Below are positions 12,717-24,440 of a stretch of 64,000 nucleotides of DNA, one piece after another; within the stretch, counting starts at the first letter, position 1; every line of letters starts with the position of its first letter. The DNA is from Moniliella sp. 'wahieum' (taxonomy: Eukaryota): NCBI GenBank assembly GCA_003971905.1, contig RSEE01000095.1, positions 1 through 64,000 of the forward strand. The letters run 5' to 3'. Both the position numbers and the translations under genes were made by a program. The notes under the pieces are model-generated. The model saw only the letters and a program-made list of their open reading frames with translations, searched no databases and was not told where the DNA came from.

Positions 12717-15700
12717 ATGACGGCCACCAGCGACACCGCCAGCAGCGTCCCGCCTCGCGCCGCCCCACCCCGGCCCCGCCCGCCGAGCTCGACGGCGACA
12801 CCTTCTTTTCCCCGCTGCCCTGCCCACGCTCCACCACGACCCCCAGCAGGCCACCAGCCTGCCGCCACGCGCCGCCCTCATTACTGCCCCGCCGCCCGCG
12901 CCCTCGTCACCCGTACTTCCTCCCAGACGCCCCAGAAGCAGCAGTAGCAGCAGTAGCAGCAGCAGAAGCCGGAGCAGCAGCTCCACCCCGCCGCCAGAGC
13001 TGGTCGTTGACGCCTACCCCGCCCCCGATGGCCAGTCGTACCCCCAGGCCGCTCCCTATGCCGACTCGGACATTGTCGTCATCTCGGCGGGTCTGGGTAC
13101 AACCAGCTGGTCAATGCGACCCCGAGTGCCACCTACATCATGCCCATCAGCGACAATGGTGGCTCCTCCTCGGAGATCATCCGTGTTTCTCGGCGGGCCC
13201 TCGGTCGGCGACATTCGCTCCCGCCTCGTTCGTCTCATCCCCCTCCCTCGGAAGACCCCAATCATCCCACCCCCGCACCCCAGCAAACCGGCCCATCAGC
13301 ATTGCACCTGCTCTCACTGCGGCACCGTCAACCTCGTCCCTGCTCCGCGCGCGATCGTACCCCAGTCCAATGCGGCGCTCTATCGTCTCCTCTCGTACCG
13401 TCTCCCCTTACCGGTCGTACCTCGGCCGTCAAGGCCGAGTGGCGCTCCATCCTCGAGGGCACTCATAAGCTCTGGCGCGGCATCGAGCATGAGCGTCGCG
13501 AAGCCGTCCGCGGCTTCCTCGTCCTCTTTGACACGGAAATCCTTCGCCGCTCCAATCGCAAGTTCAACTTTCGCGGCGGTAGCATTGGCAATTTCTTCAT
13601 TGCGTTCGTACCTCTCCCCCCCTAGATACGGACTTTCCACGGTTTTCCTCTGCTGTGACGCGTGGGAAGGATGTGAAGGACGCTCTGTGCTGACTTGCTG
13701 TTTCGTTGACTTGTTCCGTCGCCCCCCTCCCCTCTGCTCAGCGCTGCCCAAGTTCTTCCGGTCTATCCAGTCGGCCATCTTTCTGTTCACGCCATTACGC
13801 TCATCAATGGCGCTGGTGTGGCGACAGGCCTCACGTTTGGACCGTTTGCCAATGGAGGCAACATTGCTGCCGCGGGGGCCGGAACGGGCTCGCGTGTGAT
13901 CCCAGCCATCAACACCAATCATACCGCTACCATCGCGCGGACTTGCGGGATGGGGAAACGATCGTAGGCCAATGCGAAATCTCCCACCCCGCTCACCCGT
14001 CGCCTCCCCCAGTTCCCATCGCGTCCCAGCCTCACACGCCCGGCTTGATTGCCACGGCGGCCGCGCAGCATGCAGCTCGCTACGGTGGTTACCCTTCTTC
14101 CTCGCTCCATGCCCGCACTCTCTTGACTGGCGGGTTGCCCTCGTCCCCAATGGGGGTGGTACCAGGCACGCCAGGCTCGATTCATTCCTTTCATCCTCAC
14201 CCTCATTCTCATTCTCTTCCCCACCCTCCTCCCCATTCCCACTCTCATCCGCATCCGCATTCGCATTCGCATTCTCACCCTCCCACCCCCACTCCTTGGC
14301 AGGCAGCATGGTTTTGATCCTTCCCAGCCGGGGAGCGGGATTCATACGCCCCATACGCCCCTCACCCTGCCCCATGCCGTTGGTTCGCTCACGGGCGATG
14401 GCTTGGAAATCCATCCCCATGGCGAACCGGACAGCGCTGATCCCCATGGCGATGGGATGGAAGGCTCAGAGGACTCAGACTCGGACTCGGATTCGGACGG
14501 GGAGCAGAGGCAAGGAGAGGAAGCCAAACAAGTTGATCCCCTCTATGCACCTTATCCCTCCCATGCCTCCCCATCCCGCCTTCGACTGGCACCACAGCCG
14601 CAACCGCAGCGACCACTGCGGCCCCGACGGTGCACCCTCTCGCCAGTCGATCAGCGCACTGGATGAGCCCCCACCTGCTGCCTCCCCCTCGGCGCCCGCG
14701 ACGCCGTCGGTGCGCAAGCGAGACAGGGGCACGCCCGCATCCAATTTGGTCTTTAGCAAAGACGGTGACGACGAGCCCAAATTGTCTGCGCCAATCGATC
14801 GGGTGTACTATGTGAATGCGTACCGGAACGTGATTGCGCCGGCGCCCAACCCGGGGTACCTCGCTGCATTGGGCCAAGCTTCAACGTTGGTGTATTCCTG
14901 TGGATCGCTCTGGACGTCCATTGTGCCGTGCCTTTCGTTGCGCGGGGTCGCTACGGCAATCGCCATCGCCCACGCTCAAACTAAGATCCTCCTGCTCAAC
15001 TCGGCCTGGGACCGCGAAACGGACGGAATGACGGCTCATGACTTTGTCCATGCCCTCGTCGATTCCCTCAACTCGTCCGATATCGATGCGGGATTGCTGG
15101 GACAGGGCGTGATTGGGTCCTTGGGCTCCGGCGTCGTACCTCCCATGTACAGATCCGTGCCCCGCGCCCCGGGCCAAGTACAAACGCAAACGCAAATGCA
15201 AACGCAAGCTCACCCTCAAGCATCCATTTCCGCACACGACGTTTCCTGGCCGCGGCTGAGACTGAGGGAGGCGTGGCACATACGTGGAACGCTTTCAGTG
15301 GCAAAGGGTATGCCCCCGAATTGGTCAATTGGGTTGTGTACCTCGAACATTCCCAGGTGCCCGTCGAAGCATACGATCTGACGTGCCAGACGGGCATTCG
15401 CACCGTTCGCATCCGTGTGCCTCAACCGGCCGATGGACGCCCGCCCAGTTTTCAGAAAAGGTACGTTTGTTTCTTTCCCGTCTTTTGGTCCTTGTTTCCC
15501 ATCGCCTGTCGGCGGGGGTCGTTGTGTGGGTCCCTTGGCCCCCTGCGGTTGTGGCTGGGTTGCGTTGGTCCATGGCGCTGGTGTTCTTTTTTGCGGTTTG
15601 CTAACGTCATGTGTGTCCCTGTACGTCTCGTCTGCAGCAATTTGCAAAGCGCTCGCCATCATTCGGCAAGAAGAAGACAGAGAGCGTCAGCACACACGAT

Positions 15701-15723
15701 CAGCAGACCAGGTCGTGGGATGA
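12717..15723 (+). CDS. UPF0052 / CofD-YvcK family protein (yeast YNL011C-like); indels; start approximate
   Basis: DIVVISAGSGYNQLV...YIMPISDNGGSSSEIIRV, GGPSVGDIRSRLVRLIP, FNFRGGSIGNFFIA, DGETIVGQCEISHP, PIDRVYYVNAY and LVYSCGSLWTSIVPCL...KILLLNSAWDRETDGMTA. Introns 13604-13741 and 15461-15637. Confidence 0.88.
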
Positions 15724-16379
15724 CGTGATACGTTGAAGCGTGAAGCGTGAAGTGTCAAGGCTAGGTTGCAGGGATCTTGAATCCCTTGGATCGGTTAGGA
15801 TCTCGCGTCCCGCGTCCACCGTTCCGGGTCGGGTTGTCTCGTGTGCTTCGTATCAATACGAATCTTATACTTTTGTCATGTGCCTGGTCGGCTCTGTGGG
15901 CAGAGGAGCGGGGTTTTTTTTCTTAGTTTGGTTTTGCATGATGCATGCTGACCTGCCGTTCGACACTGCTGCCTGGTTGGTGGGATCTCGGGAGAACCAT
16001 GCTGCTCTCGTTCGTCTTGGGCACAATGACGGCCGCTTTACGAGCAATGGATGATTGGCTGGATGACATGCCAGCGTTCCGTGGCCACAATATTCACGCT
16101 TTATGGTGTCGATGCTGTGACGACGGCGGCCCGGCTGAGTTCGGCGGGAGAATGGGTGTGGCCCGTGCGTCGGGCGGACCACAGAGGGGTCACGTGCACG
16201 CGATGCCGTCGTGCGCAATCGAGACTGGATAACCGGCAGGGTTGAACGTTCAGTTCAGTTGAACGTTGAACTTCACCTCACTATTCGGTTCAGACCTCCA
16301 CCCGAACCGCCGTTTCCCGTCCAAACAAGCATCCACCCATCCTTCCCGCCCCCCTCCCCCACACCACCACCACTCCCGC

Positions 16380-17510
16380 ATGCCCAGCCGGTCCAATCTG
16401 GAAGAGTCAGCCCCGCTCCTGGGCGGCGAGCATGTCGCTCCCCCCCGTGCCGTCTCCGCCGCGCCGTGTTCACCATTGCCGGCGTCCTGTCTGTCCTGAT
16501 TCTCGGGGCATGTGGATGTCCTTCACCCTGGGTCTCCTCGTGCCCAACGTTGCGCCCCTGTCGCGTGTCGCCTCCCTCGACCCTGCCCACCGCCTCCGTC
16601 CCGGCGACCCGGGCCGTCTGATCATTGCCGGCGACGTCCACGGCATGCTGCACAAGCTCAAGGAACTTCTGGCCCAGATGAAGTACGACCCTACCATTGA
16701 CCGCCTCATCCTCCTTGGCGATTTTACCACCAAGGGCCCCGACGGCATCGAAACCATTGACTTTGCCATCGAGCACGATGCGTACTGTGTCCGCGGCAAC
16801 CACGAGGACCAGATCCTATGGGCGTATGCCAAGTACCACTACCTCGCTCAACCCCAAACCTACCCGCCGTTTGCTTCGCCTACCCCGCAGCTGTTTGGCG
16901 CCCAACCCCAGGTCACCTTGGCCCCACCAGGCCCGTGCATCCGGTCCCAGTGTCTGCCCAGCCTACGCACCGGAGCTGGCGTGGCCGGGCTCCCTCCTGG
17001 GCTGGCCTTAGTGCATTTAACCCCGACCGGGACATGGCGCTGGTCAAGGCGCTCCGACCGCACCATGTTCGCTACATGCAGTCCTGCCCGGCTATCCTGG
17101 AGCTGGGCCAGGTTTCGGCCAAGGGAATTGCGGCCGTGGCGGTGCACGGTGGGTTGATGTGGAACGAACATACTCTCGAAAAGCAAGATCCGGCTGTGGT
17201 CATGCGCATCCGGGGCGTGACGGGCCACCACCATGAAGATCCGTCCGAGGAGCCCTTGGGGGACCCTTGGTTTACCTGGTGGAACGAGGAACAACGTACC
17301 CGCGTCAAGGAGGAGCAAATCGAAGTGTTTTACGGCCACGACGCGTCCAAGGGCTTACAACTGTTCCGGTACAGCAAAGGACTGGATACCCGCTGCCAAC
17401 GCGGCGGCAAGCTCTCGGGTTACACGGTGACCCTTGTGGATGGCCACTACCATGAAAAGCTCCATCAGGTAGATTGCTCCGACGAGGTCGAGGACGACGC
17501 AACTGCGTGA
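16380..17510 (+). CDS. calcineurin-like metallophosphoesterase, Ppn2/YNL217W (ApaH-like) type with N-terminal TM anchor; intronless; indels
   Basis: GDVHG, LLGDFTTKGPD, CVRGNHED, VAVHGG, FYGHDA and KGLDTRC motifs, plus the hydrophobic segment AVFTIAGVLSVLILGACG. Confidence 0.9.
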
Positions 17511-18215
17511 TCGTTGGTCCCGTCGCGTCTCAGGTGACGGTGAAATGAGATGGGAGTGGGGGGACGGGATGGTGACTCTCACGCAGGCCGCCCTCTTTCC
17601 ATTGATCTCTGCCTACAAGCTGTCTCATGCCCGCTTATGATCGTCATGTCGAATCGGGCACTTACTATTACTTCCCTTTCCCTTTTTCCCTTTCCCACTG
17701 GTGGCCTTGTCCGACCACCATGCTCCCCTATGTTACCTTCACGCTTCATTCCACCTCACTAGTCACTAGTCACGACCTAACTCTAAGCTCTACTCCTGTC
17801 GCGTTGGATTGTTGTCATTGGCATGAGAGATCACCGTCCCACTCTTTCCTCGTCGCACTGGAGGCTGGACGATCCGATAGTAGTTACTTGCGTTTCTGTG
17901 GGGGTGGGGGAGGAGTAAGGGATCCCCTCTCTTGCTTGGTTTAGGTGGGTGGGAGAGGTGACTTGCGTGACTATGCCATTCCACGGGCGTGTGGGATGCC
18001 GATGGGATGGGACGGCGTCGGAGATCGGGCGTGTGACGGGTGATGAGAGTGGCTATTCGCACAGGCGAGGCCCCGCAGCAGGGCTGCCGCCGTGCCGCCG
18101 CAATGCAATCCGCAGCGAAACACTCGCTAGTAGAGCCTGCTTCAACCACCACCACCCGCCCGCCTGCCGTCGCAGCACAGCCCACCCCCTCCGGCCCCGC
18201 ATCGCCTCGGCTGCC

Positions 18216-21200
18216 ATGGCGACCAGCAAGGACACGCCGCCGATTGCGCGCCGCCTGGATGCGCTCGTGGCCCAGTACCACACCCTCTACGGGCCGCCTG
18301 GCTATGTGCCCCCCGGCCAGTCCGGCGTGCCCTCCCCCGCGCCCTCCGCCGCCGGCAAGAGCGCCGCCAAGCCGCCTGCCGCGCCGGCCGCGCCTGGCCT
18401 GCCGCCACTCGCCGCCACCATCTCGGTGGTGCTGCCGCCGCCCGCTTCGGCAGGGGCTCCGCGTCGTCCGCCGCAGCCACTGGCCAGGTGCGGTCCATCC
18501 CTGTAGTCATTATCCCTGCCGCCTCGTATACCGCCGATCCTGCGCCTGCTCCCAAGCCCACTCCCCGCACTTCCCGCCCCCGCTCCTGCCCCCCGTCCCC
18601 GTCCCCGCCGCCGCCGCCTGCCGCTCCTCCATCACCATCACCACCACCACCACCGCCGCCTGCACACGTGCGTGAACAAGCATCTCACAGTGTAGTGCCT
18701 CAAACGGTCATTCTCGTCGATGCGCGTCCTCAGTTGGCTCCGCTGCCTTCGGCGACCAAAGCGAGCTCGGTACACTCGAAAGCTCCTTCTTCCCGTGCTA
18801 GCTCGACCAAGGCCGCATCCATTGTGGCAGCCGACCCAGCCCCTGCTCCAAAAGCCGAGTCGGTCAAGTCAGCCTCTTCCAAAGCTTCGTCCAAGGCTTC
18901 GTCCAAGGCTTCGTCCAAGGCTTCCTCAAAGGCCTCCTCTACCACTTCTTCCAAACCCAGGTCACTCACGTCCGAATCACTCAAGCCTGCGAGCTCAGTG
19001 GCAGTAAGCAGCATGACAGCTGTATTGGAGGAGAAGGAGGAAGAGGAGGAGGAGACAAGCACTGTGACCAAGGTGGCCAAGACGGTCAATTTTGCCCCTC
19101 CGAGTTCAGCCAAAGTAGCAGCTCCCGTTCCTACGCGAGTATCAAGCGTGGTCCCATTCGTCTCGCCATCTTTTGCGATGGAACATGGCAGTCCCGCTTG
19201 GAGGTGGAGCCGATCAATGATCAGGGAACCCCCACGTCTAAAACCGATTCCTACTACACCAACGTCGCTCTGCTCGCCCAATGCCTCAAATCGACCGGCG
19301 AACGGGCGGATGGAAGTGGGTATCGCATCCCCCAAATTCTCTTATCTCCCTGGCGTTGGTGCCACACCTTATAAAACTCAAAAGGCCACACAAGGTGCTA
19401 CCGGACAAGGTACGTTTGCCCCCGTCCATACCTCTCTGACCTGTCTGTCTAACCACTTCAAATCTAGGTGTTGGCCATAATATCCAGACCGCCTGGGCCT
19501 GGCTGTCAGACAATTGGCAGGCCAACGATGAGATCTTCCTTTTTGGGTTTTCCAGAGGCGCGTTTACCGCGCGTGCCTTGGCCGGGCTGATCCATTGGGG
19601 GGGCATTTGACCAAGTCCCAAGCAGCGTTCCTCAAGCCCATTTGGGATGCCTATTCCCAGCGTAGGCCCGACCGGCCCGAAACGGGCGTGCACGCTGCTC
19701 GCACTTTGCACGCTGTTACGGGACTGTGGCCTAACCCTCAAGCGGTTGGGGTGAGCCATGCGGCTTCTCTCATTACCCTGGGCGATGGCGCAGCGATCAA
19801 ACGCAAAGGCCGATCCAAGTCCTCCTTCGATCCACTGCACGTCTCTGTTCCACCTTTGAACCCGTCCGTGCGGCCACCGCCGATCAAAGTGGTGGGTGTA
19901 TGGGACACGGTGGAGCAATGGGATTGCCGGGCCACTTTCAAAACCCGCTGGTCAAAGAACACTTTTCTTTCTTTGACCCTGGCCTTGGGCACAACATTGA
20001 GTATGCGTTTCATGCACTTGCGCTCGACGAGGAGCGCAAAGATTTCTTCCGACGCTGTTTTATCAACCGCGCGATGCCCCGCCAAGCCAAGTGCTTCGCC
20101 AAACTTGGTTCCAAGGCAGCCACGCCGATGTCGGGGGCGGGTACCAAGACCATGGCTTGAGCGACATTACCTTGGCTTGGATGGTCGCCCATCTGCGCGA
20201 TACCAACTTTGGCGAACTACTAGCGGGTGGATGTGCGACGCTTGCGCAAACTTCAAGACGAACGCATCCTGTGGGCACACCAGCCGCCCCACAAGTCGCG
20301 CATGGCCATCGAGTCACGCGCGGTACGGCAAGTGGAGGATAGTCATATGTCCCTGTTGGATGTGGTGGGACCGCAATGGGTCGACATGGTGAGCAACGGG
20401 CACCGGTTCGAGTCGCTACATCATTCGGTCGCGCTCGGGCGGAGACATACCCCGCGCGACAGCCCCCAGTTTGATTCGCTTCGACGCTCCGATCCCGGCA
20501 GGTTGATTGCCTTGTGGCACGAGGCGACCGACCCAGGCAGCTTGCTGCCCACCGAGCAGTACTTGCGCTGGCCTGGGGGTGCGCCGGCGCCCCAAGAGAA
20601 GAAGGGGTGCAAGCTCGTGTCGTCACAGTATGAGCCGACCCACCCTCCTGACCGACGAAGGTCAATGGGTCATGCCCGCATCGTGTCCAGCGGCGCGCGT
20701 ACCCAAACACCGGCCTACCTCCCCGTCACCAGTACCAGCTCACCAGGCGGAGGCGGGCCGTTCCATCGCCGCGGTCAATCGGAAACTGCAGTGGTGACCG
20801 GACCTGGGCCCAGGACCACTCAACCTGTCGACCCCTCACCTCAACCCCAACCCCCAAAGGGTAGTCAGACAGTCCGCAGACGTACGCTCTTCAGCGCTCT
20901 CCGTCACGGTCCTACTGGTGCACCCCCTTTTAGTGCCACCCCCCGCGTCCCTCCTACGCCTCCTTCCACTTGGGAGACGACATCGCGCCGCACCGTGTCG
21001 GATACCACCGCTTCCACGTCCATGCGCGCCACACAGACCAAGCTTACCTCCTCTTCGGCTTCGGAAGTGGAGCACCTGAGAACGCAAGCACGGCAGCGGA
21101 GCAACACACGACCCATCCGCCTCCTCCTATGGTCACAGGCGTACCCCTGCAGTTGACGAAGTCGACCAGATCGAAACCGCTACCAAAACCAAACCTGCTT

Positions 21201-21430
21201 CGATCCTTTCCTCCCGCACGGGGCACTCCACCGCCCACACGATCAAACCCGCTTCGAGCATCAGCACGGTATCCTCGCGCCCGTCTGCGCACAACGAAGA
21301 GCCTGCCGTCGAACCGGCCCCGGGTCCCGTACCCAACCACCCGGCCCCGGCCCCCACCAAAAAGGCGCCGGAACAGTGGACGTTTTCTGTACCGAAACCG
21401 TCGTGGAGTTTACGGCGCAAAGGCGGATAG
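18216..21430 (+). CDS. DUF2235 (Tle1-like alpha/beta hydrolase) domain protein with long P/S/A-rich termini; indels
   Basis: TNVALLAQCL, YLPGVG-like segment, intron 19410-19467, NWQANDEIFLFGFSRGAFTARALAGLI (GxSRG nucleophile elbow), IKVVGVWDTV, AFHALALDEERKDF and QTWFQGSHADVGGGYQDHGLSDITLAWM. Confidence 0.87.
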
Positions 21431-21502
21431 GATAGGCAGCGGTTGACTAGGTCTTGCCGGCCCCTCCATACTTCCCCCCCCGGCCCGTTATTGTTTCCCC
21501 TG

Positions 21503-21553
21503 CCTCCCGCCTCCCGCCTCCCGCCTCCCGCCTCCCGCCTCCCGCCTCCCGCC
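21503..21553. repeat. (CCTCCCG)n heptamer tandem repeat
   Basis: cctcccgcctcccgcctcccgcctccc... Confidence 0.9.
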
Positions 21554-22899
21554 TTCCGGTCTCTGTCTCTACTTCCCGTTCCCATGAGTTTCACTGCCTT
21601 GATTACCACCTCGGGTTCTTCCTCTGGTTCTTCCTCTGGTTCTCACAAGGTTACTGCCTACTCTGCTCCTTGTCCTCGTCCTGATCCTCGTCCTGCTCAT
21701 CGCACCTCGCCTCGTCCTATTCCTTATCCTGCGCCTCGGCTTGCGCCTCGCACTACACTCCTCGACTGTATGGCCTTCCTTTTTTCTTGGGCCTTGTCTG
21801 ATCTTAATACCTAGTTAATCTTTCATCCGGTGTTTTGCTCTCCCTCCTCCTCTCTCACCCTCTTCCTGTTGCTTCGTTCCTCTTGCCTCTTGCCTCTTGA
21901 CTCTTGACTCTTGCCTCCCTTTACTTCTCTCGCTCTCGCTCTCACACTCTCACACACCTTGTTCTTCCTCGCCGTATTCTGTGGATCCGCTGTCCGTTTT
22001 CTTTACCCCCCCTCCTCTCACTTCCTTTCCTAAGCGCCCCTGATCGATGCGCCCCTATCCTAAAGAAGGCCAGACTCGCTGGTCGCGTCGGCGTGGCTGT
22101 TTGCAACGCTCGCCTGCGTGAGAGCACGGTCTGGCCTCGGAGGCACTCTCGATTGAAGCTTGGAGTGAGAAGTTTGAAGTTCGAACCGCATATAAGAATC
22201 GATCTTTGCTTGGTGATTTGTTCCCGTTCAACGACTATGAGTAGTAAACTCAGGATTTAATTGAAGTATATATCGTCCTGATTTTACTGATCACACAGTC
22301 TCAGTAGTACAAAGGTACAATGTAGGAAGTTACCACGTACTGACAACGGTCGATCGTCAGTGGCTTAGTTTTTGTTGGCTTAGTGTTGCACAAGCTAGAC
22401 CAAAACGGTACGGGTTGCGATTGGGATGGGATGACGGGCGGGAGGTGGGGGGACCTGACAGAGAGAAATAGAGAAGAAGCGAGATCGTCTCCCTCGCTCA
22501 TATTCAAAGGTCTTCTGGTGGCAGGATGCGGGATGCGTGCACACCGCAACACACGGCACACAGCCAACACCTGCCCTGCCCTGCGCCGCTCCTCGTCATT
22601 TCGTCCCGAGTACATTCTCCAACTGTAGACCGTCTACTACCAGGAACGCGAGGTTGGAGAATGGAGGTTTAAAGAAGAGGTACTGGAAACTCTAGGAGAA
22701 GGGCATACAAACTAATTGAGTTCAGCACATCGCCGAGGTAGAGGGAGCATCTGGGCGAACCGTACGCTATAAGTGACGTAGGGATATATGGGCATCATGT
22801 TGCATCAACCTCCCGACTACCCGATGCAGTCGTCAGAGGCGGTGAAACGCAGCCACGGCAGAGGGTGCAATGCCGGCTCCAGTGGCTTGAGATGGCTCT

Positions 22900-24440
22900 C
22901 TTGTGTGCGGAACTCACAGGGGGCGGAAGGCGGGGAATGAACAGACTGTCACGGGCGAAGACGGGCTAACAAAAGCCCGGCGGAGCCTACGCGCGCCTTT
23001 CGCCATCCTACAACCCAGTCCCCACAGGTTGGTGGTCATAGGGTCAGATTCGATCTGATCCGATCTCACCTGAGGCCCGTCTGCTCTACCCAACCATAGA
23101 ACACCCTCCTGTATTATCCAACTCAGTTCGATCTCGGCTGGCAATCTCGTCAGCGCGATTACCAGTTCTACGTATCCGCGCGACAATGATAGTCGTCTCT
23201 TGCCCACAAGTGAATTGCTGGTCATCGTATGACCACCCAATTGTCAGTATCTTCCTTTGCGGTGATGGCCGCCCCGTGCCCGTTTACCTTACCTTTCTAG
23301 GTGGCCCGTGCTGCAACTGTCGGCCCTGCTTTCCCCCTGTCCGCGCTGTTCTTTCTCTATTGCGTTGTTTCCCTGTTAATCCTTGTCTGTTAGCAAAATG
23401 GTTCACAGTTTTCCTCCGGTCCATTGGCGTCTCCCCCTATACTCCTCTCGCCTACTGCTCAACCCAGCTCCCGACTTCAGATCGCCGTTCCTCACAGTCC
23501 ACCCACAGTTCTCGTGTGCCTTACAGGATCCCACCCGCCAAATTCCAGCTCAGTTCAGCCGCGTGTGATCCCGTCTCTAGCCACGCCCAGTCCCAGTCCA
23601 GCTCTAGTCTCCGCTGTCTCCTTCCTTCCCTGAGCCCGAAGACTCAAGACATGCCACTTTGCCACACTTGTAGCCGCCTCTCTGCTATACGCCGAGAAGT
23701 CTCTCTTTTTGTCCCTAAGCCTTCTCGGGTCCACTAATCAGCAGCCCCCCCCGCGTAACTACCGTGAGTGGACCTTAGGACCTCCAATGGATTATTGTAC
23801 CCCAAAACGGCGCCCACCCGTGAGGACAGTCAGACGTGCATCTACACATATGTACAAGGGACGAGGAGGCGTCATATTGTGTGCATCGATTCTCCCCGGC
23901 AGTCGCACCGGGTCTTCGGCGGGCGGCTCTTCAACCAATAGTGCCCACGTCGTTCCCAATCCCAAATCAGGGTCACGGTACAGTCACGTTGAAGGTCACC
24001 ATCGTCTTTACCAGCACACCAGACCGACAGTTTATTGTCCTCCCGTATGGGAGCTATAGGTCAAGCCACCTGTGTGACCCTTCTGGTACTAGTAGCCATT
24101 GCTCTCTCTCCGGGTTCCTGCATCTTTCTTTGTGCTCCTGTGTTGGCTCCCCCCGCTGCCGTTACAGAGATTACAGGTGATGGCTGGTGGCCGAGAGCCC
24201 GCCCGAACATATCCTTTCTCCCCTTGTCTCCCTTGCCTGGATTAGGTCTACCTCAAGACTATGACTGGCTTGGCTGAACGTCAATGTGCAGCTATAACTG
24301 GGGATGGAGGTGGTAAAATCATCACATAATTCAGCTGCATATAACTCGCACAAGAGTTATACCCCATTCACAAGGGAAGAAGAAAATAAGAACACTGCTG
24401 CTGCAGTGCCACTAGTCGCATGTCATCAGTGCGTATAACT
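22900..24440 (+). mobile_element. highly decayed Ty1/Copia RT-RNase H relic followed by a PPT/LTR-like segment
   Basis: Degenerate motifs occur in Copia order: DGLTKARRS (~YGLKQAPR), TYPRD-MIV (~YVDDM), FLG, and GRGGVILCASILPGSRTGSS (~GGAISWxSKxQxxVAxS). It shares accgtgagtggacc with 58600-58613, and 24286-24435 is repeated at about 30435-30590. Confidence 0.55.

Noticed and set aside
21444..21450. TGA-CTA-G stop-codon readthrough motif near the DUF2235 end
   Set aside because: It appears to be out of frame with the most plausible C-terminus (PSWSLRRKGG*, TAG 21428-21430), and no PTS1-like extension was evident.
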